Below, one piece after another: positions 42,351 to 52,413 of a stretch of 64,000 bases of DNA. The stretch spans positions 16,834 to 80,833 of the forward strand of contig JADJDT010000002.1 in assembly GCA_016702545.1 (NCBI GenBank), read 5' to 3'. This DNA comes from Pseudomonadota bacterium. GTDB taxonomy: Bacteria; Myxococcota_A; Polyangia; GCA-2747355. A program made the translations under genes and the position numbers. The stretch's first letter is position 1, and each line of letters starts with the position of its first letter. The notes under the pieces were generated by a model. That model saw nothing but the letters and a program-made list of their open reading frames with translations. It searched no databases and was not told the DNA's origin.

Positions 42351-44558
42351 TCAGCTGGCCGAGTCCTCGTTCTCGGCGTAGCCGTAGCGATAGCCGCGAT
42401 AGGCGTAGCGGTAGTAGTAGCCGTGGCCGCGCTTCTGCGTGCTGAGATCGTTGATCACACAACCGAGCAAGCGCCCGCCCACCGACTGGATCTGCGCCGC
42501 TACCGCACGCAGCAGCACCCGCGAGGTGACCCCGCCGCGCGCCACGACGAGGGTGCCATCGACCATCGTGCTGAGAATCGCCGCGTCGGTCACAGGCATC
42601 ACGGGCGGCGAATCGAGCACCACGCGGTCGAAGCTCTGCGCCAGCTGATCGAGCAGCGCGCGGAAACCGTCACTTTGACAGAGCTCCGCCGGATTGGGCG
42701 GCGTCGGACCGCAGGGCAGCACGAAGAGGTTGGGCACCTCGGTGGTCTTGATCTCGTCGGCGACCTGGCTGTCCCCCAGCAAGACGCTGCTGAGCCCGCG
42801 CGCGCTCGAAACGCCGAAGGTGCGGTGCAGGCGGGGCCGGCGCATGTCGGTGTCCACGATCAGCACGCGGCTTCCCGCCTGCGCCATCGTGATCGCAATG
42901 CTCACCGCCGTGGTGGTCTTGCCCTCCTGCGGGCCCGGACTCGTCACCAGCAGCCGCCGGATCTGCCGTCCGGTGGCCGCGAACATCAGGTTCGTGCGAA
43001 TCGCGCGGCAGGCCTCGGCAGAGATCGACTTCGGCGCGCGATGCACGACGAGGTCCGAATCATTGAGCTCCGTCTTGCTGGCCCCGCGCGGCGCGCCCTG
43101 CGCCCCGACCCCGATGTGCGGCAGCATCCCCAGATGAATCAGCCCCGGGATGCGCTCGACGTCCTCGTGGGTCTTGACGCTGGTGTCGAGACTCTCGATC
43201 ACGAACGCCAGCGCCACGCCGAGCAGCAGGCCCAGGAGCCCGCCCACCAGTAGGCTGAGCGCGACCCGCGGAAAGATCGGCGCATCCGGCCGGCGTGCCA
43301 GGTCGAGCGAACGCATGTTGCTGACGCGCAGCTGGCCGGAGAGGTCACTCTCCTTCAAGCGGGTCAACACCATCGTGTAGATCTTCTCGGTGTTCTCCTC
43401 GCTACGCTTCAGCCGGCGATAGTCGACCTCGCGCTTGTTGACGTCCATCGCCTCATCCTTCGCCTCCTGCAGCGCCGCGGCGATCCGTTGCTCGGTGTCG
43501 ACCGCCTGGTGATAGCGCGACTCGGTGGTGTCGAGCACGGAACGCACCGCCCGCGCCAGCTCGCCCTTGACCGCGTCGACCTTGGCCTTCTGCTCGAGCA
43601 CGAGCGGATGCTGGTCGAGGTAGCGCTGACGCAGCACGCTGTAGCCCTTGTCGGCCTCGAAGAAGGACTCCTTGATCTTACGGATCTCGGGCGCCTCGGC
43701 GACGAAGGGCAGCGACACGTCGAGCGGGTCCTGCTGCCGTGCCTGAAGCACCTGCTTGCGCTGGGCGTCGAGCGCGAGCCGGCTCAGCCGCAGGTCGGTC
43801 AGCGCGTCGTTGTACTTGGCGATGCGCGCCGAGAGCAGACTCTGGCGATCCTCGAGCGAGACGGAGAGGATGTTGTTCTTCTTGTTGAACTCCCATAGCG
43901 CCATCTCAGCACGGTCGAGCTGGTGCTTCAGATCGTCGAGCTGAAGGGCCAACCACTTGGCGGCGCCGGTGGCCGAGGAGACCTTGTACTCGACCGTCTG
44001 ATCGAGATAGGCCTCGGCGGTCGCGTTGGCCAAGCGCGCAGCGACCTGCGGATCCGAATGCTGCGCGGCGATGCGCAGGATGCTGGCGCCCGGTTCTGCC
44101 TTGGCTTCGAGCAGCCCGAGCAGGCGCATCGCCGCCTGGTCGAGGGTGTGGCGCGCGCCGGCCTGGGACGGCGCGCCGCGCCCCTCCTTCCAGAAGTTGG
44201 CGTCGTGGTCGAGACGCAGCCGCTCGGCAACCTTGCGCGCCATCGCCAGGCTGGTCACCACCTTGATTTGCGTCTCGATGAATTCCTTGTTGCGGTAGTA
44301 GCTACCGGTCGAGAGTTCGACCACCTCGCTCATCTCGCTGCCGAGCACCTGCGGGGCGCGGTCGAAAACGAGCACCGTGGCGCTCGCCTTGTAGATCTTG
44401 GGCCGGCTGTAGACCCAGACGGCCACCACCCCGAGGACCAGGGCCCAGACCGACAGCACCAGCGCCTTGCGCTTGAGCAGCACGCGCCCGTAGTGACGCA
44501 GGTCGAGGCCCGGGTCGGCCTGAGGTCGGAGCACCGTCGGTTCGAGATCGCTTGCCAT
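42351..44558 (-). CDS. wzc: Polysaccharide co-polymerase / BY-kinase (Wzc-like tyrosine autokinase)
   Basis: Wzz-type periplasmic domain between 2 TM helices; Walker A GPQEGKTTTA, Walker B VVLDSPPV, Tyr-rich tail YYYRYAYRGYRYGY. Confidence 0.9.
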   Translation of the reverse strand: MASDLEPTVLRPQADPGLDLRHYGRVLLKRKALVLSVWALVLGVVAVWVYSRPKIYKASATVLVFDRAPQVLGSEMSEVVELSTGSYYRNKEFIETQIKVVTSLAMARKVAERLRLDHDANFWKEGRGAPSQAGARHTLDQAAMRLLGLLEAKAEPGASILRIAAQHSDPQVAARLANATAEAYLDQTVEYKVSSATGAAKWLALQLDDLKHQLDRAEMALWEFNKKNNILSVSLEDRQSLLSARIAKYNDALTDLRLSRLALDAQRKQVLQARQQDPLDVSLPFVAEAPEIRKIKESFFEADKGYSVLRQRYLDQHPLVLEQKAKVDAVKGELARAVRSVLDTTESRYHQAVDTEQRIAAALQEAKDEAMDVNKREVDYRRLKRSEENTEKIYTMVLTRLKESDLSGQLRVSNMRSLDLARRPDAPIFPRVALSLLVGGLLGLLLGVALAFVIESLDTSVKTHEDVERIPGLIHLGMLPHIGVGAQGAPRGASKTELNDSDLVVHRAPKSISAEACRAIRTNLMFAATGRQIRRLLVTSPGPQEGKTTTAVSIAITMAQAGSRVLIVDTDMRRPRLHRTFGVSSARGLSSVLLGDSQVADEIKTTEVPNLFVLPCGPTPPNPAELCQSDGFRALLDQLAQSFDRVVLDSPPVMPVTDAAILSTMVDGTLVVARGGVTSRVLLRAVAAQIQSVGGRLLGCVINDLSTQKRGHGYYYRYAYRGYRYGYAENEDSAS

Positions 44559-44670
44559 CTTGTACACCCGCTGTCTGAGAGGCCACCGTCGGCGCGTCCT
44601 TAGCACGAACAATGGTGAGCAACCAGCCACCCTGCCGGCACGCTGGGCGGCGGGTCCACCGTGTCGCGCC

Positions 44671-45597
44671 CTACCGCTCGCCGAAACGCCAGCGCTTGAG
44701 CCACGCGACAACGTGGTGCGCCCGCTGACCCAGCAGCGCGTGCAAGGCGTTGCTGCGCGTCTTCTTCCAGGCCATCACCGCCGTGACGTAGGTGGCCTGC
44801 GGCCAGCCCACGTAGCGCCCGAAGATACCGAAGCTCTCGCGCACCCCGCCGTAGCCGGAGGACATCCCGCCGACACGGAACGAGGCCAACACCTCGGGCG
44901 CGCGGACGAAGGGCACACCCGCCTCGCGCAAGCGCAGGAAGTACTCCTGATCGCTGGCCACGCGGTAGTGCACGCAGTAGAGCCCATGGCGCGCGTAGAT
45001 CGCGCGCGGCACGTACCAGCTCGGATGCAGAAAGGGCGGGGCGAAGCGCACCTGGCGAGCGAAACCGAGCCGCTCGATCGATCGAGCGCTGCCGTCGATC
45101 AGCTCGAGCTCGCTGTTTAGACAGACCTCGTCTCCGTGACGTGCGAAGCAGCCGACGGCCACGGCCGCAGATCCTGGGCTCAATAGATCGTCGTGGTTGA
45201 GGTTCTTGATGTAGCGCCCGCGCGCCAGGGCGATGCCCTTGTTGTAGGCGTCGTACATGCCCTGATCGCGCTCGCTGATCCAATAGTCGATGCTGTCGTC
45301 GTGCGCGCGCAGCACGTCGATCGTACCGTCCGTGGACCCCCCATCGACGACGATGTGCTCGACGTTGTCGTAGCTCTGGTCGCGCACGCTGGCCAGGGCC
45401 TGCGCCAGATAGCCCCCGCCATTGAATACGGGGGTGACCACGCTGACGAGCGGACGATTGGGCCGGTCCTCGCGCAGGAGCCCGGCGCAGCGGCGGCCGC
45501 CGACGAGCCGTCCCGGCAGCGCTGGGCGCGCGCAATAGTCGTCAACTTGCGGGATCACGGCTCGCGTGAGCGACAACGCGCTGCTCTCCTGCTTCAC
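44671..45597 (-). CDS. Glycosyltransferase family 2
   Basis: VSVVTPVFNGGGYL, DxD region (VVDGGSTDGT); true start probably internal to the listed ORF. Confidence 0.8.
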   Translation of the reverse strand: MKQESSALSLTRAVIPQVDDYCARPALPGRLVGGRRCAGLLREDRPNRPLVSVVTPVFNGGGYLAQALASVRDQSYDNVEHIVVDGGSTDGTIDVLRAHDDSIDYWISERDQGMYDAYNKGIALARGRYIKNLNHDDLLSPGSAAVAVGCFARHGDEVCLNSELELIDGSARSIERLGFARQVRFAPPFLHPSWYVPRAIYARHGLYCVHYRVASDQEYFLRLREAGVPFVRAPEVLASFRVGGMSSGYGGVRESFGIFGRYVGWPQATYVTAVMAWKKTRSNALHALLGQRAHHVVAWLKRWRFGER

Positions 45598-46903
45598 GCC
45601 GCGAGGCGGCCGGGACGGACAGGGACGCCCGCACCGCGATGCGTCACCGCCGGCCCCAACGCAGCACGGCGGGAGGCAAGCATGACCAAGGCCAAGACGA
45701 CGAAGAACTCCGGACTGGCGAAGGAATCGCGAAACACCGAGACGCCGAGCAAGAGCACCTCGGTCGCCAGCAGCACGGGATAGATGTAGTGCTCCCTAGC
45801 CCCGTAGCGCGCAGCGCGCCAGATCTCGCGCAGGAGACGCCCGACGACCGATAGATAGAGGGCCAGCCCGATCAAGCCGTAGTTGGCCAACAGGCCGAAT
45901 ACATCACTGTGCGTGTTGAGCCGGTACTCCAGGACGCGTGGGTCGTAGAGGTGCGACAAGCGCGCGGTATACTCCTGATGGTAGTTCAGGTACTGCGCGA
46001 TGCCCGCGCCGAGCAGCCAGTGGTCCACGGCCACGGCCAACGCCGAACGCCAGATGTCGACGCGGCCGGAGAAGCCGCCCGCCGTCTCCGGGGAGTAGCG
46101 GTCGAGGGCCGAGCTCTCCTGACTCATCGCGGACCACGCGCGCGGGCCGGCCAGGCCGAGCGCCAGCAGCGCGACGCCCACGATCAGCAGGCGCTGGAGC
46201 CGCGTTACCGCGACGGTCGACGAGCGCCGCATCGCGACGAAGAAGGTAACGAGGGCCGCGGCGGCACCGATCAGCGCACCCGGGAGCCGCTCAGCGCCAG
46301 GATCGCCGCGAAACCGATCGCCCCGGCAGCATAGGCCAGCCGCCGCAGCGAGCTGACCCCGGCCTCGAAATAGAAGCGCCCGATCAGCAGCAGGACACCC
46401 AACGCCGCGGCGAAGCCCGCCTGATTCGGGTTCTTGTAGAGGCCGCTGAAGCGCGCGGCGAAGGCGTCGGGCACGAGCACCAGCGTGACGCCGATCGCCA
46501 CCACGAAGGCCGCGACGTAGACGTTGAGAATCGCTGCCACATGGTCGCGCTGGCTGATCGTGTTCTTCAGCGCCAGGTAGGTCAAGAGCGCGAAGAGGAT
46601 CAGCGTGCCCTCGTTCAAGGTCGACGTGGGATCGGCGTCTTTGACCACGTACCAGAGGCCGGTCATCGCCAGGCCCCACACGAAGAGAGTGATCAGCGCC
46701 CGGTCGTAGCGATCGAGCACCAGCGGAGCCCGCGCTGCCAGACTCCGCAGTGCGAACACCACCAGCAGCGCCATACCCACCAGCCGGTAGGGCTTGAACA
46801 TCGTCGAGCTGCCAAGCCACTTATCCCAGAGCCGCTCGAAGGACAGCAGGGCCACATACAGCGTGGCGAAGCCCAACCAGATACGGCTGAGGCGATGGGT
46901 CAA
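45594..46903 (-). pseudogene. wzy: O-antigen polymerase (Wzy-like) split over two reading frames
   Basis: 46271..46903 encodes the N-terminal TM helices; 45594..46330 in a different frame encodes the Wzy_C-like remainder. Frames switch at a G/C homopolymer near 46270..46285 (CTCCCGGGTGCGCTGA). Confidence 0.55.
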
Positions 46904-47420
46904 TCGCTACCTCGGACGGGAGTGGGCGGTGGTCGATGGCCAGCGTACGCTGCGTCCTAGCACGCCGCGTGCGGGCTTGCTACCCCCACCCGGAGCGGCG
47001 CAGGTTTGATACAAGGACGCGGGACCAGGAGGGGGCGGGCCTGGCGGGAGGGGCGCAGGCGTGGGCGTGAAGGCCGCACAGGCCGGTGCGCGGGCGCAGC
47101 GGGGCTTGCACCCGGGCGCGCCGCGGCGGAAGCCCAGCCCCATAGAGACGCAGGGCGCCCCCCTGGATCACGTCCTCGGCCCGCAGCAGGTGCCAAGCAT
47201 CGTAGACGATGCCGGCCTTTCAGACCGAGCCTGGTGGAGGGCTCGGCATCACAGACGCGAAACGAGGAGGGAGGTTGCTGGTGACAAGCGACCGACGAGC
47301 GACAAAGCCTGTGATTTCGGGAACGAGCCCAGGCGACGGGAGACACCCGACACAGTAGTGCTAGAGTGCGCCGCGCTGGTAGCCGAGACACCGTCGACAC
47401 GACGCACCAGCAGTGAGCCC

Positions 47421-48962
47421 ATGACAGAGCCCCCAGCCAACGCGGCCGCTGAAGCCGCCACGAACGCCACCTCCTCCAAGGGCATCGACGACCAGCGCCG
47501 GGCGCACCGGGCCATCGGCGCGTTGTTGGTGCGAGGAGTGCTCGGCCAGGTGATCGGGATCCTGCGCCAGTTTGTGGTGCTTCCATTGATCACGCCCGGG
47601 CAACTCGGGTTGTTGCGCTATGTGCTCAATCTGAGCCAGTACTCGCGCTTCTTCCATGTCGGCTTTCTCTCGACCCTCTGGGTCCGCTTCCCCGAACGGC
47701 AAGCGGCGGGCGATCTCGGCGCCTGCGCCGCCATGCAGAGGGCGGCCTGGAGACAAACGCTGGTCGGCTTCGCGCTCTTCATCCCGGTGGTTGCCCTGCT
47801 GCTGCGGGACACGTCGATAGCTCCGTGGCTCTTCCCGTTGATCGTTGTGCTTTCGGCCTTCCCTTTGCTCGGGGACTATGTTGCCGTTTCCTACCAGGCG
47901 CGCGGGGAATTCGAGCCGCTGGTGCGCATCGACCTGATCGTCAGTGTCGTCGGGTTAGCGGCGCTGATCGGCCTAACCTTCGCCTTTGGCTTGCCGGGCC
48001 TGCTGATCGCCGCCACGCTGCCCGGGCCCCTGCGCGTCGCGTTAGGACGCCGCTACCTTTTCCCTCCCAAGCATGACCCCCAATCAGCGGCGTATTGGCG
48101 CGAGAACCTACTCTTCGGCGTTCGCACATGGCTCGGGCAAAGCGCCGCACACCTCGCCGTCACCGCAGACGTGTTGCTGCTGGGCCACTTCGTCGGCAAG
48201 GAGAGCGCAGTACTTGGCTTCTACGGCCTGGCGCTGACTGTGGCGCAGTTTGCGGCGCGCGATCTGACGGCCGTCACGATCGTCCAGCAGAGACAACTCC
48301 AGGTGGCCGTCGGCGAACACGGGGGACTCGGTGCTCTAGCGGTGGCGCAGGCGACTGAGCGCTACCTCGCCATCGACACCCTGGTTTCCGCCTGGCTCTC
48401 ATCCGCCGTGACCGTTGGCGCCGCACTGCTGCTTCCGCTGCTGTTCCCGCGCTTCTCCCCGGCGCTGCCGCTGCTCGGCAGCTTGCTCGCCGCCGCGATC
48501 ATTGGCAGCCCGCTACGCTATACACGGGTCGTGCTCATGCTCGCCGACCGGGCGCCGCTGCTGGTCGCCAGCTCGCTGGTCCAACTGGCGGTGTTGGCGG
48601 GCGGCATGGCGCTGGCCCACTACTGGCTGTCCGATGCGATCTGGGCCTATACCGGCGCGCGCCTACTGTCGACGGCCGTGGGCGCGGCCCTGGAGCTGTT
48701 GGTCGCGTATGTTGCGATGGGGCGCAGTCGAGAGGGCCTGCGCCTGCTGGCGCGCTTCGCGCTCGCCGTCGGCCCGCTGTTGTTGCTCGCGGTCGGTACA
48801 TGGTCGGCCGTCACCCGCTGGGCTCTCGTGGTCATCATCTGCGCCCTGCCGCTGCTGCTCGCGGCCAGCTTCCGCGTGTGCTTCCCGGGTGTGCCGCGCG
48901 AAGCGATGACCATGCTGGGCGGCATCTTTCGCGGCCTCGTCGGTCGTCGTCGCCACAGTTGA
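47421..48962 (+). CDS. wzx: Polysaccharide flippase (Wzx/MOP superfamily)
   Basis: 12 or more TM helices. Start at ATG 47421; the listed ORF begins 360 nt earlier in the intergenic region. Confidence 0.8.
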   Translation: MTEPPANAAAEAATNATSSKGIDDQRRAHRAIGALLVRGVLGQVIGILRQFVVLPLITPGQLGLLRYVLNLSQYSRFFHVGFLSTLWVRFPERQAAGDLGACAAMQRAAWRQTLVGFALFIPVVALLLRDTSIAPWLFPLIVVLSAFPLLGDYVAVSYQARGEFEPLVRIDLIVSVVGLAALIGLTFAFGLPGLLIAATLPGPLRVALGRRYLFPPKHDPQSAAYWRENLLFGVRTWLGQSAAHLAVTADVLLLGHFVGKESAVLGFYGLALTVAQFAARDLTAVTIVQQRQLQVAVGEHGGLGALAVAQATERYLAIDTLVSAWLSSAVTVGAALLLPLLFPRFSPALPLLGSLLAAAIIGSPLRYTRVVLMLADRAPLLVASSLVQLAVLAGGMALAHYWLSDAIWAYTGARLLSTAVGAALELLVAYVAMGRSREGLRLLARFALAVGPLLLLAVGTWSAVTRWALVVIICALPLLLAASFRVCFPGVPREAMTMLGGIFRGLVGRRRHS

Positions 48963-49153
48963 CGCGCCGCCTCGGCCATCCGGCCAGGGAGGCACGGGTG
49001 GGCAAGAGTCGCCGGAGGCGCGGCAAAGTGTTCACGGGGGATCCCCCGCCCGGAAAGGCGCGGGCGCCACAAGGCGCGCGCGGGCGCGCTCGCGTGCAGG
49101 GTCGAGCGGCGGAGGGGGGGACGGTTACGGCGGCGCTGACAAGGAGGCGTTTC

Positions 49154-49837
49154 ATGTTCGAAAAGCTCAGGCGCCTACCCCGAGCCGTCGAGGCCCACGG
49201 CGTATTCGGCCTGCTGGAGCGGGCCGTCGCCGACGAGGGACTACCACGGCTGCGCGGCTACCTGCTGGCCCAGCGCTTCGACCGCGCCGGGTGCGATCTA
49301 TGGGCGTACGGTCGACTGACCCTGCGGCGCGACCGGCGTTCCAGCCTGCGTTGCGGGGATCACTGCCGAATCTACCCGGAGGTCGTGCTGCGCTGTGAGG
49401 CGATGGACACCCGCGCCGCGCCCGCCACCATCGAGCTTGGGGATGAGTTGCAGCTCAAGGACGGCGCTCGGCTCATCGCGCGCTCGGCTCGCATCATCGT
49501 CGGCAAGCGCGTGGCGATCGGCGCGCACTGCGATATCACCGCGACCCTGGCCGACATCGTCATCGGCGACTACTGCCGCATCGCTGGAGAGGTCTACCTT
49601 GCCACCGGCAACCACCGCTTCGCGCGGGCTGATCAGCTGATCATGGAGCAAGGCTGCTCCTTCGAGCCCGTGCGCATCGGTTCCGATTGCTGGTTCGGTC
49701 GGAGAGCCATGGTGCTCCCTGGGGTCACAATCGGTGACGGCTGCGTGGTGGCGGCGGGAGCCATCGTGACACGTGACGTCCCGCCCATGTCGGTCGTCGC
49801 CGGGATTCCGGCCCGCGTGATCAAGCAGCGGCAGTAG
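49154..49837 (+). CDS. Hexapeptide-repeat sugar O-acetyltransferase (LacA/WbbJ-like)
   Basis: AAGGAGG 6 nt upstream of ATG; LbH repeats and C-terminal VVAGIPARVIKQR. Confidence 0.85.
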   Translation: MFEKLRRLPRAVEAHGVFGLLERAVADEGLPRLRGYLLAQRFDRAGCDLWAYGRLTLRRDRRSSLRCGDHCRIYPEVVLRCEAMDTRAAPATIELGDELQLKDGARLIARSARIIVGKRVAIGAHCDITATLADIVIGDYCRIAGEVYLATGNHRFARADQLIMEQGCSFEPVRIGSDCWFGRRAMVLPGVTIGDGCVVAAGAIVTRDVPPMSVVAGIPARVIKQRQ

Positions 49838-50309
49838 GCTAGGCCGAAAACGAGTGCGGGACGCGCTTGTCTTGGGCCTAGGAGCCTGTCGGGAAATGTC
49901 GCGAGCCGCCCGAGCGCAAGGCGCGGCGCGCACCGGAGCGGAACGTACGGGCTGGTACGTGAGCACCGGAGCATAGCCGAAACGCAGCGATCGGGTGGCG
50001 CAGCAATTTCCCGACAGGCTCCTAGCCCGAAAACAAGCGCGCTTTGGCGCAAGCCCCTTGTTTTCGGGCTAGACGAGCCGACAGGCGAGCGTTGTGGGGT
50101 GAAGTCGCGGGGATTCACTCCCCGCGACGAGGGGGCTTTGCGAAAGCCCCCTGAGTAATATCTGGGCCCAGAACGAGCGCGGGACGCGCTTGTTCTGGGC
50201 CTAGCGCCACGCCGCTTCGGATCGCGCTCGGCCTCCGCTCGCGGTGCCGCGCCGATCCGCCGCTGGCCTCGCAGCCGCTCGGCAGCGCTTTCGAACCAAG
50301 GGAAGCTCG
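49838..50309. repeat. Array of at least 6 palindromic hairpin units (REP/BIME-like), three about 40-nt units ending in CTAG
   Basis: Units at 49841..49880, 50026..50072 (12-bp perfect stem CCCGAAAACAAG/CTTGTTTTCGGG) and 50164..50204. Extra hairpins GCGGGGATTCACTCCCCGC and GGGGGCTTTGCGAAAGCCCCC. Confidence 0.8.
49877..50025 (+). mobile_element. Copy C of the palindromic repeat family, complete MITE-like form with 21-bp terminal inverted repeats and CTAG flanks
   Basis: TIRs CCTAGGAGCCTGTCGGGAAAT ... ATTTCCCGACAGGCTCCTAG; internal core shared with 18337..18457 and 21482..21590; no ORF. Confidence 0.7.
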
Positions 50310-51709
50310 TCAGCCCGCAAACCGGCGCGCCAACACCTCGGCAACTCGCGCGGAGGCCTGGCCGTCGCACGGACCGCACTCCGCCGCGCGGAGGCGGCGG
50401 CGCCCCGTCGCATCGCGCTCCGGATCGGCCAAGTAGCAGCCGAGCTGCTGCTCGAGCTCGGCGAACGAGCGCACGACCGCGACGCCACCGAAGCTCAGCA
50501 TCTTCTGCAGGTGGGGGAACTCGACCACGCGGCGCACGGAGCGCCACCACGGCAGCTCATGCCCGGCGTCGAAGATCGGCAGCACGACGGGGCGGTCCTG
50601 CACCACGGAGTCGATCGAGAGCGTCGAGCCGCTGTTGAGCGATACGGCACAGCCCGCGATCAGCGCCGCTAGCTTGCGCAGATCTCGCTCTTCGAGATCC
50701 CACGGCAGCCGGTCGGAGACCACCTGCGGGAGATCGATCGCCACGCGAGGCCCGGCCATCGTCCGCAGCCGCTCGACCGTCTCACCATCGGCCATGCTGC
50801 CACGAATGTTCTGCGGATGGGGCCGCACCACGAGCTGCATCCGCGGTCCAAAGGCACCCGGCTCGCACGCGCCCGCCAGCCACTCCACCACGTCGAGCTC
50901 GTGCGGGCAGAAGAAGCGCGCGCTCATGCCGAAGAACAGGTAGGGGTCGTCCGGGCACAACCCCAGACCGGCCAGCACCTCACGGGCCTGCAGTCGGTTG
51001 CCCGGATCGCAGTGCGCGTCGAAGTGGGCGACCCCGCATTCGTTGATGCGGTCGGGCGTCACGCCATAGTAGCGCTGCAGTTCGTCGCTCATCACCGGTC
51101 CCCAGGAGATGAAGCGATCGGGGAGCGCGGCGAAGCGACCCTTGCAGCTGATGTTGTCCCAGCTCAGCAGCTGCCCCACCGTCGGAATGCCGAGCCGCTG
51201 AGCCTCCAGCACGAACAAGGCTTCGAGCCAGTTGACCGGGTAGCTCGACACGAGCAACCGCGGCCGCAGGCGCTCGAGGATCACCCGTACCGCACGGCTC
51301 CGCAGCAGGCGCTGCTCCGCGCGCTGAGCCAACCTGGGCACCAGCGACCAGCGCAGCGCCAGCCGATTGACCGCCTTGCCGACCAGCGGGCGCAGCTTCA
51401 GCAGCGGACGCACCGCCGCGCTGTGCAGCTCATAGAGGTGTTTGGCTCGCAACGCCGCGTTGTGCTCGTAGTCGTCGAAGAGATAACGGCGCGCCGGCCC
51501 ATAGGCCTTGAGCCCCAGCCCGTGAACCTCGGGGCCTGCTCGAGCGCCACGCCGCGACTGGCGCAGAATTGCTGGAAGTAGGCCTCGCCGGCGCTGGGTG
51601 ATACCACGGTCACAGCGACCCCGCGCCCCCGCAGCTCGGGGACGATCGCGCTGTGCAGCACCATCCGCGCGGCGAAGCCGTGCGACAGCACGTAACAGAC
51701 GTCGGTCAT
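50310..51709 (-). pseudogene. Frameshifted polysaccharide/nonulosonate transferase-like gene (GT-B-like; TagF/KpsS-type fold suspected)
   Basis: Start MTDVCYVLSHGF overlaps the neuA-like stop (ATGA) in one frame. After about 60 codons the protein-like continuation (..GLGLKAYGPARRYLFDDYEHNAALRAKHLYELHS..VVRPHPQN..) is in another frame. Switch is at GGGCTGGGGC near 51500. Confidence 0.5.
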
Positions 51710-52413
51710 GCGGAGGCTCCTTCCGCCGCCTCGCGCTGGAGCAGGAACTCGGCGAAGAGCAGATCGCGCGCCGTGTTGATGTCGACCGAGCGCTCGGCCG
51801 GCATCACGAAGCCACGACAGTCGTCGCCGAGGATAGCCCCGCCGTCGATCACCGCGCGTCGGCTGGCGTAGACCGAGCAGTTGCGCACGAACAGGCGCGG
51901 CAGCTCGTGCGCGGCCATCCGCCCGCGCTCCTCCTCGAGGTAGGGCCACAGTCGATCGCCTTCGAGGCGCTTGAGCTTGACCGGGTGAATCGCGTGGTCG
52001 AGCTCGACGACGCTCACCGCGCTGTCCGCGCCGCTCGCTTGCAGCAGCGCGACCGTGCCGTCGATGTCCGCCGAGCGCGTGAAGGGTGAGCTGGGCTGGA
52101 TGATCGCGATCGCGTCGAAGCGCTCGTCGGCGCGCTCGAGCGCCCGCAGCGCGTGGCGGACGTAGTCGATGGCGGGCGAGGTGTCGTCCGCCAACTCGGC
52201 CGGACGAGCGAGCGCGAGTACAGGATCGACAGCGGCCGCCAGCGCCAGCACCTCCGGATCGTCCGACGAGACAACGACCCGAGCGAGGCCGACCGCGCCG
52301 CGCGCCGCCTCGATCGCCCACACCACCAACGGCCGGCCGCCCAACAAGCGCACGTTCTTGCGTGGCAAGCGCTTTGACCCCGCGCGCGCCGGAACGATGC
52401 CGAGGACTCTCAT
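51706..52413 (-). CDS. CMP-nonulosonic acid synthetase (acylneuraminate cytidylyltransferase family, NeuA/LegF/PseF-like)
   Basis: MRVLGIVPARAGSKRLPRKNVRLLGGRPLV, 235 aa. Confidence 0.85.
   Translation of the reverse strand: MRVLGIVPARAGSKRLPRKNVRLLGGRPLVVWAIEAARGAVGLARVVVSSDDPEVLALAAAVDPVLALARPAELADDTSPAIDYVRHALRALERADERFDAIAIIQPSSPFTRSADIDGTVALLQASGADSAVSVVELDHAIHPVKLKRLEGDRLWPYLEEERGRMAAHELPRLFVRNCSVYASRRAVIDGGAILGDDCRGFVMPAERSVDINTARDLLFAEFLLQREAAEGASA

Noticed and set aside
49838-50309. CRISPR array
   Set aside because: Repeats are palindromic units of different types with irregular spacing, no uniform repeat-spacer periodicity, and no cas genes nearby
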